A DNA stretch of 64,000 bases, taken from a virus. Of the stretch, positions 1-9,689 are shown piece after piece. How positions within the stretch are numbered: position 1 is the stretch's first letter; every line of letters begins with the position of its first letter. The notes under the pieces are model-generated. The model did no database searches. It was not told the DNA's origin and saw only the letters and a list, made by a program, of their open reading frames with translations. A program made the translations under genes and the position numbers. The stretch is from IMG/VR virus record IMGVR_UViG_3300006750_000002, positions 64,001-128,000 of that record; one strand, 5' to 3'.

Positions 1-3000
1 ACTAATGTACTTGGACAAACTAAGGCTTACGACGCCACCCTTTGGCCTGAAGTTAACTTTGTGGAGGAATTTTTTAAAGCACAAGTAATAGGTAATGTGG
101 ATAGTAAACCCGAGTTTGCGTTAAATACCGTTGGTGGAAATTGGGTGCCTATCACCTCATTTGAGTTAGGAGAAGAACAGGTTTACATTAATAAATCTAT
201 AGTACCATTCAACTATGAAATATGGGACCGTTCCATAGTCTTTTCATGTTTTTCTGGATTGTCTACACGACTTAAAGAAAACGTGGCAAAAAATACATTT
301 TATGAACTAGCTAAGGTAGAAGCCGCTAACATCAAAGAGTACTTAACTGGGTTATTAGACCTTAACGAATTATTGAAAAACCAAACTTTCAACTACAATA
401 CGTTTTTAACTTACTTAAAAGAAATTTCACCCCTAAATAACTACCAACTACTAATTAGGGACCAATTTAATACACCATATATAAGACTTAAAAGTAATAG
501 CGGGAGATTTACTCTAACACCCTTTAACACTTTTAAATCACTAACATACCAACTAAATAACGGGGAAATAGAGAGTTCTTTATCTACGTTAGATAATGTT
601 TTGTCTTCTGGAAATGTTAGGGATAATAACATCTTGGAGACATTTCCATTTTCTCATTTTGTTTCAAACGACCCAAACACTTCTTGGACAGTAAATAATT
701 TAGCTGCGGGACCACAAATATCTAGTTATGAGTCTTTAAATAGTATACAACAAAGTCTAGCATATCAACAAGACCAAAAAGTATTCGCTTCTATAATACC
801 GGACAATACCACATCTTCGGTATTGGAAGATATTCAATTTTATACTGACGCGGATTGGGCGTCTAAAACAGCTATAACAGATTTAGCGACTAAAATTGAT
901 ACTAGATTTATCAATAATCAAAACACTAGAAATTCTTGGGAGGTTTTTTATGAAAAAGTACAACTCCAAACAGACAGTAGTTATGTGTGTAATCAAAATT
1001 TAGTCACAACAGAGGGAGACCTAGATTATGGAGATAATTATGAGGGGGAAATCTTCTCTAAACAAATTACTTCATTGTTGAATACCCCATACTTTATTAA
1101 TAGTATGGTCGAGGGTGTAGATAACGAGATTAATAATATTGACTCACCTTATAAGTCAGCCGCTTACCTATTCTTACATTCTTTACCCCTACCTACCTTA
1201 AGGGAAAAAACATTACTATCTAATCAGTCTACGTATAATTTATATGGTGACTATATCGCTAAAACTCTGAACCAGGTGTCCGCGACACATCCATTACCTA
1301 GTGCTTGGATTTTAAAATATGGGGCAATTTGGCACAGATATAAGGAGTTCATTAATAATAATACGGACTTTTTAACTTCGGTATGGACAGATTTCGACGC
1401 TAACACATATTTTAACAATGGTAGTGGTTTGGTGTACACATATGATTTAAATGTGGGTCCTAATAACAATTTAATGAGTTTCGGAGGACAGTGGTCCCCT
1501 ACCCCCACGATGGACCAACTTAATTTAGGTTTTTACCCTGAACTAAACAACTATATTTATTATTTCGTTACTGGGGAGTTATTATATGACGGATTTAACA
1601 TTAGTGGGTTCCCCATAACAGATAACCAAGTCAACCAACTTATAACCCAAGAAGCTTTATATTTAAAGAATGCGGAAGAATTAACCATAACCTCCTTAAC
1701 GACGGACCCAATACAGACCAGAGCAAATTTTTGGTTTAACTACTACGATTTAACTATGGAGTCTTATTTAAGTGGTTATACTACGGAACAATATCTATTA
1801 TTTCCGTGTGAAGGTGGAATGAAGAAATCCCAAGTGGAATTTGAAGTTAGTTCACCATATTCCTTAACTAATAACCCCAATGTAACTAATGGAGCGGCAC
1901 GGCTTGTCTGGTCACTTTCTAACTACGGATATTTTGAACACCATCAGAACACTTTTCCACAACCAGACCAGTACCTAAAGAAAATAATGGTAGACCAAGA
2001 AGAACAACTTTCTTTTAACATTACCAATAATGAAGAATATGCGTCTATTGAAGAATTATTTGACATATTTAGTCCCGAAATTTTAGATACGTTTGAAGGG
2101 TACTTCTTAAATTTTAGTGAGACGTTTAATGTTGACCCCCCCATTGCTTACGAAAAAGAAGACATAATGAGTCTAAATTTCCAACAGATAGTTAGGGAAT
2201 TCTTAAAAATAGACCAAAATAAGGTTAACGATAGTCAAAGCAATACACAGTTAAGTTACAATTTAGGACAGACACAATTAAATAAAATTAATTCTACACT
2301 TAGAGAATTTCTAACCCACCAAAAGGCTTTTAATTTTTATAATCCTAAAGATATTAATCTAGAAGTGTTTAGAAGTTTGACACCTTCTTCAGGAGCAACA
2401 CCAACGGTCTCGTTTGGTAGGTATACGGGGAACTTACCACCAGATATAAGTTTAATTGATTCAACCACACTATATCTTGATGAATGGAAAGAATTAAGGA
2501 AACAGGTGGGGTTCTACACTAACTCACTCTCATCTGCTTACACATTAAACTTAATCTATAATGATAGTGGAAATTATGTTACTGAATTTTTTCGTGAGCT
2601 TAATATTGAGTTTAACGTACCTAATATAAAATTGTTAAGGAAAATAATTAGAATGTATGTGACCGTTAGAATTGATGCGGGGGCTACCGAGAATATTGAC
2701 AATGTAGAATTCTTACAAAGAATAAAAACTGAAGTTGTAGAATCTTGGGAATTCTCCCAGTTCGATTTCCTTAACCAACTATTCATACAACTTAAGACGG
2801 TATTACCACAGACAGCTGAAACTCAGATAGAGGAATTTACTGACAATTCCACTTATAATAGTGACGAAAATAAACTTGAACAATATCAAGTATTTAAGAC
2901 TCTAAACGATAAGTGGATTTCAGGTGAGGAGTTTAGTAATAAATACCTATTTGAAGATTTTTTATTTTATGATGTGGCTAATAGAGATATTGGGGACAAA

Positions 3001-4710
3001 GCAATAATAACCACGGATGCCATTAAAAGTTTCGGACACATTAATAACACCAATAAAAGTTTATTAACTATAATCGGTTCTTTACTACAAGGTAATTTCT
3101 TTAACTTTATGGGGATGCCTTCCTATATTAATTTTTATGGGATGACATCTAATGGGGACACCCCGATACCTAAACTAAGCACACAAGACGAAGCAGACGC
3201 ACTTTTTGGTACACATCTAGAAGTTGACACATTAGATTCAGGACCAAAATTTTTATGCCAATATGTTGGCCCACCATCTACACAGTTAGGTGGGGAACTC
3301 ACCAAAAAGAGCAAATATGAAAACGATTCATTTATGTTGGGGAGAACCGTCCAAAACCCACTACTTTCTACCGATTATGACCCACAAAAAAATAATAAAG
3401 TTGTGGCGTTTGCCGTAGATTTTGGAATACAAAGTCAAGGTGTATTTAAAGGGATTAGTTTAGACCAAAGTGAATTTAAAAATACTTCCGAATCCTTTGT
3501 TGTTACAGAGGCTATGGCACAATCCGCTAACGATAAAAGTATAATGACCCAAGGGCTCAGTTTATTTAATATATATAAAAGTCGTTCCTATACGTGTAAG
3601 ATAGAAGCGATGGGGAACGTTTGTATCCAACCCACAATGTATTTTGAATTACGACACGTACCTATGTTTAGTGGGCCATACCTTATATTGGATGTAGAAC
3701 ATAACATACAACCCAACACTATGACTACTACCTTTACTGGTGTTAGGGTCCCTTTCCACAAAATGCCTGAAATAAGTCAATTGGTGGCTAAGGTAAATCA
3801 AACATTTTTAAATAAAGTAAGGAAGAAAGTTAAACAAGAAAAAGAAATTGCGAGAAAAGGAGGGTTTGAAGCTGAAAGTGATACTGAACTTGAATCAGTT
3901 AAAAAAGGAAATACTAATTTTATAGGTAGGGACGACGATAAGGTAGATTATATTATCATCCATGTTACAGCGGGTGTAGATTACGGTGCCGACCCTATCA
4001 GTAACATCAATCAACAACATCTAAATCGTGGATTTGCGGGTATTGGATACCACTATCTAATATCTAGAGGTACCGGAGGTAGTAAACCAGACGGTACATT
4101 ATATGGTGCAAGACCTTATGGTAAGGTTGGAGCACACGTACTCGGACACAATGAAAGGTCAATAAGTGTGAGTATGATTGCTAATTGTGATAAAATGGGG
4201 ACTTATACTTCAGTTGGAGATTATGCGACAGATAAACAAAAGGATACATTAGAATGGACCTTATTGTATTTGTTATTTAAAGGTGGACTATTTAAAGTCA
4301 AGGAATCCCAAACGGGCAGGTATGGGGTAATAGTTAAAACAGGTTCGGGAGACGAGTTGGTGGAAGACCCCACGGAAATTACAGACAATAATAAAGGGGT
4401 GGTCCCTAATTTATGGAAGAATGTCTTAAAAGGGCATAATAATTTTTCCAATAAGAGATGTCCATGTTTTAGAGTGGAGAGAGAATTGGAGGGTAGATTG
4501 GGGGTAAACCTAAGAAAAAAATTAGCGATAGTGGTAAATGAGTTAAATAGTATTGCACAATTTAACCCATTTAACAGTGATGAAACATCACAAGAAAAAA
4601 TGATAGACATTATAGGTTTAGGTAAAAGAGGAAGTGGTGGTGCTTATGTTCCTAGTCCGTGGGAGACCAACTCGGGACAATTTGGTGGAAACGATTTAGC
4701 TATGAACTAA
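1..4710 (+). CDS. 5'-truncated baseplate hub-like virion protein with C-terminal N-acetylmuramoyl-L-alanine amidase (tail-associated lysin)
   Basis: Frame is open from base 1 (TNVLGQTKAYDATLWPEVNFVEEFF...), so the GTG at 61 is not the true start. Hub-like segment VVAFAVDFG...SYTCKIEAMGNVCIQPTMYFELRHVPMFSGPYLILDVEH. Amidase_2 motifs IIIHVT, GIGYHY, GAHVLGHN, KGHNNFSNKRCPCF (T7 lysozyme-type His/Tyr/His/Cys). Confidence 0.8.
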   Translation, partial: TNVLGQTKAYDATLWPEVNFVEEFFKAQVIGNVDSKPEFALNTVGGNWVPITSFELGEEQVYINKSIVPFNYEIWDRSIVFSCFSGLSTRLKENVAKNTFYELAKVEAANIKEYLTGLLDLNELLKNQTFNYNTFLTYLKEISPLNNYQLLIRDQFNTPYIRLKSNSGRFTLTPFNTFKSLTYQLNNGEIESSLSTLDNVLSSGNVRDNNILETFPFSHFVSNDPNTSWTVNNLAAGPQISSYESLNSIQQSLAYQQDQKVFASIIPDNTTSSVLEDIQFYTDADWASKTAITDLATKIDTRFINNQNTRNSWEVFYEKVQLQTDSSYVCNQNLVTTEGDLDYGDNYEGEIFSKQITSLLNTPYFINSMVEGVDNEINNIDSPYKSAAYLFLHSLPLPTLREKTLLSNQSTYNLYGDYIAKTLNQVSATHPLPSAWILKYGAIWHRYKEFINNNTDFLTSVWTDFDANTYFNNGSGLVYTYDLNVGPNNNLMSFGGQWSPTPTMDQLNLGFYPELNNYIYYFVTGELLYDGFNISGFPITDNQVNQLITQEALYLKNAEELTITSLTTDPIQTRANFWFNYYDLTMESYLSGYTTEQYLLFPCEGGMKKSQVEFEVSSPYSLTNNPNVTNGAARLVWSLSNYGYFEHHQNTFPQPDQYLKKIMVDQEEQLSFNITNNEEYASIEELFDIFSPEILDTFEGYFLNFSETFNVDPPIAYEKEDIMSLNFQQIVREFLKIDQNKVNDSQSNTQLSYNLGQTQLNKINSTLREFLTHQKAFNFYNPKDINLEVFRSLTPSSGATPTVSFGRYTGNLPPDISLIDSTTLYLDEWKELRKQVGFYTNSLSSAYTLNLIYNDSGNYVTEFFRELNIEFNVPNIKLLRKIIRMYVTVRIDAGATENIDNVEFLQRIKTEVVESWEFSQFDFLNQLFIQLKTVLPQTAETQIEEFTDNSTYNSDENKLEQYQVFKTLNDKWISGEEFSNKYLFEDFLFYDVANRDIGDKAIITTDAIKSFGHINNTNKSLLTIIGSLLQGNFFNFMGMPSYINFYGMTSNGDTPIPKLSTQDEADALFGTHLEVDTLDSGPKFLCQYVGPPSTQLGGELTKKSKYENDSFMLGRTVQNPLLSTDYDPQKNNKVVAFAVDFGIQSQGVFKGISLDQSEFKNTSESFVVTEAMAQSANDKSIMTQGLSLFNIYKSRSYTCKIEAMGNVCIQPTMYFELRHVPMFSGPYLILDVEHNIQPNTMTTTFTGVRVPFHKMPEISQLVAKVNQTFLNKVRKKVKQEKEIARKGGFEAESDTELESVKKGNTNFIGRDDDKVDYIIIHVTAGVDYGADPISNINQQHLNRGFAGIGYHYLISRGTGGSKPDGTLYGARPYGKVGAHVLGHNERSISVSMIANCDKMGTYTSVGDYATDKQKDTLEWTLLYLLFKGGLFKVKESQTGRYGVIVKTGSGDELVEDPTEITDNNKGVVPNLWKNVLKGHNNFSNKRCPCFRVERELEGRLGVNLRKKLAIVVNELNSIAQFNPFNSDETSQEKMIDIIGLGKRGSGGAYVPSPWETNSGQFGGNDLAMN

Positions 4711-4734
4711 TTCAGTGGTTTACAATTATTGTAA

Positions 4735-4742
4735 TATTTATA
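4735..4742 (+). promoter_or_regulatory. TATTTATA putative late-promoter motif, preceded by palindrome TTACAAT-T-ATTGTAA (4720-4734)
   Basis: Motif 17 nt before ATG 4760; same motif recurs upstream of many genes in the window. Confidence 0.5.
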
Positions 4743-4759
4743 TATAAAATAAGATTATT

Positions 4760-4966
4760 ATGAAAAACATAGAAAAAAATTTAGACACATTTCTAGGCAA
4801 CAAAACACAACCTAACAAAAATGTTAAGGTCGAAGAAGAAGGCTTTGAAGAAGTTTGTGATAAAGATACTGGGGAATGTACAACCGTTAAGTCGAAAGAC
4901 GGACTTATTGAAAGAGTCAATAAAAAAATAATCGTAGAAGACGGTAGAAGTCTTTTAATGGATTAA
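4760..4966 (+). CDS. small hypothetical protein
   Basis: 68-aa ATG ORF with A-rich leader, co-directional with neighbours. Confidence 0.7.
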   Translation: MKNIEKNLDTFLGNKTQPNKNVKVEEEGFEEVCDKDTGECTTVKSKDGLIERVNKKIIVEDGRSLLMD

Positions 4967-4978
4967 AAAAATATTAAA

Positions 4979-5701
4979 ATGGGTCGTAGAAAAGAAATTG
5001 AAAATATTTTATCTGAAGAATTAAAAAGATTTAATCAGATAGGTGGGTATGTTGAAGGCCTACATGAACAATTTTTAGGTTTTAGTAACGTTAAAAGTGA
5101 ATTGGGTGAGCAAGCAGAAGAGGGTGACGAAACTACAACTGATGATTCAGATGATTTAAATATTGAGTTGGAAGATACTACGGATACTGGTGACGATACA
5201 AACACAGAAGAAAGTGGTGAGGATTTAAATATTGAGATGGACGACTTAGGTACAGAAGAAGATTTGGACTTAAATGAACCTAGTGGAAATTCAGAAGAGA
5301 TTGACGTTACCGACATAGTAACCATTACTAAAGAAACTGGTGAAAAAACGGAAGAGTTGGAAGGCACTATAGGAAAACAAAAAGATAGTATTGATTCTCT
5401 AATCTCTAAATTAGATGACCTGGAAACCAAACTAAATGGTATGGATAAAGTAATGGCGTCCATAAATGACTTAGAAGGTAAGATAGAAGAGTACAGACCA
5501 CAAACACCAGAAGAAAAACTAGAACTTCGTTACTTAGATAGTGGACCGTTTAACCAGTCACCTAAAAAATATTGGGAGGATAAAAAAGGAGATTTGAAGA
5601 AACAAAAAGACAAACATGAGTACGTATTAACTTCGGATGAAGTGGAGAACGTAAACGACAATGATATCAAAAATAGTTGGGCCTACAGTCCAGAAGATTA
5701 A
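4979..5701 (+). CDS. acidic coiled-coil protein, possibly head scaffold/internal protein
   Basis: 240 aa; D/E-rich N-half, heptad region IDSLISKLDDLETKLNGMDKVMASINDLEGKIEE; N-terminal ILSEELKRF motif. Confidence 0.55.
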   Translation: MGRRKEIENILSEELKRFNQIGGYVEGLHEQFLGFSNVKSELGEQAEEGDETTTDDSDDLNIELEDTTDTGDDTNTEESGEDLNIEMDDLGTEEDLDLNEPSGNSEEIDVTDIVTITKETGEKTEELEGTIGKQKDSIDSLISKLDDLETKLNGMDKVMASINDLEGKIEEYRPQTPEEKLELRYLDSGPFNQSPKKYWEDKKGDLKKQKDKHEYVLTSDEVENVNDNDIKNSWAYSPED

Positions 5702-5726
5702 TAAAATTAACCACATAATATTGGAC

Positions 5727-5761
5727 AAAAAAAGGGGGAGGTCATTGACTTCCCCTTTTTT
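5727..5761 (+). terminator. rho-independent (probably bidirectional) terminator
   Basis: AAAAAAAGGGGGAG-GTCATTGA-CTTCCCCTTTTTT stem-loop flanked by A and T tracts, 25 nt after the stop at 5701. Confidence 0.85.
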
Positions 5762-5775
5762 GTGTATTATATTTT
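5745..5775 (+). promoter_or_regulatory. promoter for the replication operon, overlapping the terminator
   Basis: TTGACT (5745-5750), 17 nt, TATATT(TT) (5768-5775); also fits Bacteroidota TTG-N20-TAnnTTT. Confidence 0.6.
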
Positions 5776-5812
5776 CACATATAAAACTTTTAATTAATTA
5801 AAAAAAAAACAA

Positions 5813-6694
5813 ATGGGCACTTTAGACGCAATTTTAAAACAATACGAACAAGGACAAGTTCAAAGTAACGGACCGAAAAATAATATTAGTAGAGAAGACA
5901 GACTTAAAAAATACTTCGCTACTTATCTACCACAAGGAGAAAAAGAAGGTGAACGTAATATCAGAATTCTACCTACTAGTGATGGTAGTTCACCATTTAA
6001 GGAGGTGTTTTTCCATGAAATCCAAGTGGACGGTAAGTGGGTAAAATTGATGGACCCAGGAAAGAACGGTGACGGTTCACCAACAGGTGATAGGAGTCCA
6101 CTAAATGAAGTGGAAGAAGCACTTAAATTAACTGGTAACCAGAAAGACAAAGACATCGCTAGACAATACCGTTCTAAGAAATTTTACATTGTTAAAGTGA
6201 TTGACCGTGACGCAGAAGATGACGGCGTAAAATTTTGGAGATTTAAATGGAATTATAAAGGTGATGGTGTAATGGATAAGATTATCCCTATCTTTCAAAA
6301 AAGAGGAGACATTACAGACGCTAAAGAAGGTAGAGACTTAACTTTAATGTTAAAATCAGTACCACTTCCTAGTGGAAAAGGCAATTATACGGTTGTATCT
6401 ATGGTTATGGCTGAAGACCCATCCGTATTGGCGGGAGATGAAGCTACAACTAAAGAGTGGTTAGGAAATGTAGAAACATACAAAGATGTTTACGCACAAA
6501 GACCTGTAGAATATTTAGAGGCTGTATCTAGAGGGGAAACACCAGTTTGGGATACGGACCTTAAGAAATATGTTTATGGTGATACTGAATCTAGCATTGA
6601 TATGGGTGGAAACACACCTCAGTCACCTATTAACACTACTACTACAGTAGACCCACAAGCAAACGACTCAGAGTCTGACGATTTACCATTCTAA
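5813..6694 (+). CDS. single-stranded DNA-binding protein, T4 gp32-like
   Basis: IRILP...PFKEVFFH, KFYIVKVIDRD...GVKFWRF, DITDAKEGRDLTL and acidic C-terminal tail SESDDLPF. Confidence 0.8.
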   Translation: MGTLDAILKQYEQGQVQSNGPKNNISREDRLKKYFATYLPQGEKEGERNIRILPTSDGSSPFKEVFFHEIQVDGKWVKLMDPGKNGDGSPTGDRSPLNEVEEALKLTGNQKDKDIARQYRSKKFYIVKVIDRDAEDDGVKFWRFKWNYKGDGVMDKIIPIFQKRGDITDAKEGRDLTLMLKSVPLPSGKGNYTVVSMVMAEDPSVLAGDEATTKEWLGNVETYKDVYAQRPVEYLEAVSRGETPVWDTDLKKYVYGDTESSIDMGGNTPQSPINTTTTVDPQANDSESDDLPF

Positions 6695-6706
6695 TAGTAA
6701 AAACTA

Positions 6707-7702
6707 ATGGCAATTAAGAAAAAAAGTTTTAAAGACATTAAAAGTAAGTTTTCTAAGAAAGCTTCCTTCAAACCAGACAGGTTTTTTGATTTGGGGGATG
6801 CGTTCTTAGACGCAACTGGTCTACCAGGTCCAGCTATGGGACACATTAACATGTTTTTAGGGCATACCGATACTGGTAAAACAACTGCTTTAGTTAAAAC
6901 AGCGGTAGACGCTCAGAAAAAAGGGATTCTACCCGTGTTTATAATTACAGAACAAAAATGGGATTTTGACCACGCTAAATTAATGGGTTTAGATTGTGAA
7001 ATGGCTGAGAACGGAGAGTGGGACGGGTTTTTTCTATTCAATAATGAGTTTCAATACATAGAACAAATCACCGACTACGTCAATGAGTTATTAGATGCTC
7101 AAGAAAGTGGTGAATTGGAATATGATTTAGTGTTATTATGGGACTCAGTAGGTTCTGTCCCGTGTAAAATGACCTTTGACGGTAAAGGTGGTAAACAACA
7201 TAACGCGAGTGTATTATCAGATAAAATCGGTATGGGAATAAATCAAAGGATTACCGGTTCTAGAAATACGAATTCCACACAATTAAATACACTGGTTACC
7301 GTGAACCAACCCTGGGTAGAATTACCGGACAATCCCTTTTCACAACCTAAAATCAAAGCTAAAGGGGGAGAATCACTATGGTTAAATTCAACCATAGTGT
7401 TTTTATTTGGTAATCAGAAGAACTCTGGAACCTCTAAGATAACAGCTACTAAAGATAAAAGAAAAGTTAAATTCGCGACACGAACCAAAATATCAATTAT
7501 GAAAAACCACGTTAACGGTTTGGGGTATGAGGACGGAAAAATACTAGTAAGCCCACACGGATTCCTTAAGGGTAAGGACGCTGGAGAAGAAAAAAAATCA
7601 ATAGAAGGGTATAAGACTGAAAATTCTGAGTACTGGAAAGACATTATAGGTTCTGATGGAGATTATAACTTAGCAGTTGAAGAAACTGGTGAAATATTTT
7701 AA
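6707..7702 (+). CDS. recA: RecA/UvsX-family recombinase
   Basis: Walker A GHTDTGKTT, Walker B LVLLWDSVG, TVNQ and GGESL motifs. Confidence 0.85.
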   Translation: MAIKKKSFKDIKSKFSKKASFKPDRFFDLGDAFLDATGLPGPAMGHINMFLGHTDTGKTTALVKTAVDAQKKGILPVFIITEQKWDFDHAKLMGLDCEMAENGEWDGFFLFNNEFQYIEQITDYVNELLDAQESGELEYDLVLLWDSVGSVPCKMTFDGKGGKQHNASVLSDKIGMGINQRITGSRNTNSTQLNTLVTVNQPWVELPDNPFSQPKIKAKGGESLWLNSTIVFLFGNQKNSGTSKITATKDKRKVKFATRTKISIMKNHVNGLGYEDGKILVSPHGFLKGKDAGEEKKSIEGYKTENSEYWKDIIGSDGDYNLAVEETGEIF

Positions 7703-7713
7703 ATTAAAAAAAA

Positions 7714-8160
7714 ATGGAAGAAAATATGGTAAAAGTAGAAAAAGGTAACAAAATTAAAGTACATTATACTGGCACTTTAAATGATGGTAATAAATTTGAT
7801 AGTTCCCACGATAGAGGGCAGACTCTAGATTTTGAAGTCGGTACTGGTCAGATGATAAAAGGATTTGATGAAGGTGTAATAGGTATGGAAGTAGGTGAGA
7901 CTAAAGACTTACACCTAAAGCCAGAGGACGCTTATGGACTAAGAAAAGAAGAAGCTCAAACAGAAGTTCCTAAGAAGGCACTTCCATCAGACTTTAACCC
8001 TAAAATTGGGGAAACAGTTCAGGGTCAAACAATCGATGGAAGGCCGATTTTAGCGAAGGTTAAAGAATTACAAGAAGATAAGGTAATTTTAGATTTGAAC
8101 CACCCATTAGCAGGTGAAGAACTTAATTTTAATATTGAGTTAATAGAGATAGGAAAGTAG
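7714..8160 (+). CDS. slyD: FKBP-type peptidyl-prolyl isomerase, SlyD-like, no C-terminal metal-binding tail
   Basis: KVHYTGTLNDGNKFDSS, GQMIKGFDEGVIGM, PEDAYG, insert-in-flap region, DLNHPLAGEELNF. Confidence 0.92.
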   Translation: MEENMVKVEKGNKIKVHYTGTLNDGNKFDSSHDRGQTLDFEVGTGQMIKGFDEGVIGMEVGETKDLHLKPEDAYGLRKEEAQTEVPKKALPSDFNPKIGETVQGQTIDGRPILAKVKELQEDKVILDLNHPLAGEELNFNIELIEIGK

Positions 8161-8184
8161 TGTTTAATTTGATAATAAAACAAA

Positions 8185-9201
8185 ATGTTAAAGACATTAG
8201 TTGTCGATGGTAATAGTGTATTACAAACAGGATTTCACGGAGTAAAGGATTTTTACCACAATGATAAGCATTTTGGAGCTATTTTCTATTTCCTTAACAC
8301 TCTTAAGAAAAATTTAGAAAAAGAGCCCTACGATAAAGTAGTTGTCTTCTGGGACGGTAAAAAAAATTACAAATATCGTAGGGATTTATACCCACCATAT
8401 AAAGTAAAAGATAAAAAAAGACTAGACAAAGACAAAGTTGACGACATGTTTCGTCAAAAAAACAGAATATCACAATACCTAGAAGAGTTTTTTGTCAGAC
8501 AAGGAGGGTACGGTAGTTGTGAAGCGGACGATTGTATTTCATACTATTGTAAACATTCTCCCCAAGAGAGCAAGACAGTTCTGACAAATGATAAAGACCT
8601 ATTACAGTTAGTAGACCAGATAACGACAGTCTATCTTACTCATACTGACACCCTAGTCACATATGAAGATAAAATTAAAATAGGTAAACTCCCATTAATG
8701 ATTCCTCCATGCAACATCCCAACCTTTAAAATTTTATTAGGTGATAGAAGTGACAATATCAAAGGAATTATGTACTTTGGTGAAAAGTCTTTAATTAAAC
8801 ATTTCCCAGAAATAGAAATAGGTAGGGTGTCTATAGAAGAAATATTAAATAAAACTAGGGGCATACTATCCACTGGAAATAAAGATAGAGGATTAAAAAA
8901 TTTATCGGAAGGTGTTTCGTCGGATGGAAGAAAGGGGGAAGATTTTTTTGAAGTTAATGAAAAAATAATAGATTTGACTAATACATTTTTAACTGAAGAA
9001 GCAAAAACCGACATAATAGATTTAATAAATGAACCTTTGGACCCTGAAGGTAGAGAGAAAGAAAATGTAGTACAGATGATGAAAGAAGATGGGTTATTTA
9101 CTGTACTACCTAAAAAAGATGATAGTTGGACATCTTTTATCCACCCATTAATACAACTAAGAAATAAAGAAATTAACTATTTTAAAATACAAAAAAACTA
9201 A
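8185..9201 (+). CDS. 5'-3' exonuclease / flap endonuclease (T4 RNase H or Pol I N-terminal type)
   Basis: VVDGNS, VVFWDG, YPPYK, EADDCI, TNDKDLLQL, LLGDRSDNIKG motifs. Confidence 0.9.
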   Translation: MLKTLVVDGNSVLQTGFHGVKDFYHNDKHFGAIFYFLNTLKKNLEKEPYDKVVVFWDGKKNYKYRRDLYPPYKVKDKKRLDKDKVDDMFRQKNRISQYLEEFFVRQGGYGSCEADDCISYYCKHSPQESKTVLTNDKDLLQLVDQITTVYLTHTDTLVTYEDKIKIGKLPLMIPPCNIPTFKILLGDRSDNIKGIMYFGEKSLIKHFPEIEIGRVSIEEILNKTRGILSTGNKDRGLKNLSEGVSSDGRKGEDFFEVNEKIIDLTNTFLTEEAKTDIIDLINEPLDPEGREKENVVQMMKEDGLFTVLPKKDDSWTSFIHPLIQLRNKEINYFKIQKN

Positions 9202-9203
9202 AA

Positions 9204-9653
9204 ATGGAAGACAAAAAAATAACAAAGTTTGAGTTCCTGCTAACATTAGATGACCACATTATCTGCCAACGATTTTTTAATGTGAAGGGATACCGACCCA
9301 AAAACCTAAAGTCGGTAGATTTATATGAAACCGTGGAATACATGAAAAACCAAGTATCTAGGTCATTAAAAATGAAATCTATGGATTATTTATTATCCAT
9401 TTATAACCCCTATACTTGTGCTGTTAACCTCTCAGAACAAGACCGTGAAAACGGAACCAAAGAAGAATTCAGTATCCATATAAAATTGAACAATGAGATA
9501 GTAATGCATAGGGTTTTTCCAGCTTGGGTCTACCCTGGAAAGGTAAGGTATACGGTAGACATTAGACCCTTTATTTCATCATTTTTAGGGGACTTAAGTG
9601 ACGTGTTATCGACCGAAAATGTGGAAAGAAAATATTTAGAAACGACTCTTTAA
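9204..9653 (+). CDS. hypothetical protein
   Basis: 149-aa ORF tightly packed between exonuclease and helicase. Confidence 0.7.
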   Translation: MEDKKITKFEFLLTLDDHIICQRFFNVKGYRPKNLKSVDLYETVEYMKNQVSRSLKMKSMDYLLSIYNPYTCAVNLSEQDRENGTKEEFSIHIKLNNEIVMHRVFPAWVYPGKVRYTVDIRPFISSFLGDLSDVLSTENVERKYLETTL

Positions 9654-9689
9654 TAGTATTTATTAATTACCCAAAAAGATTTAAAATAG

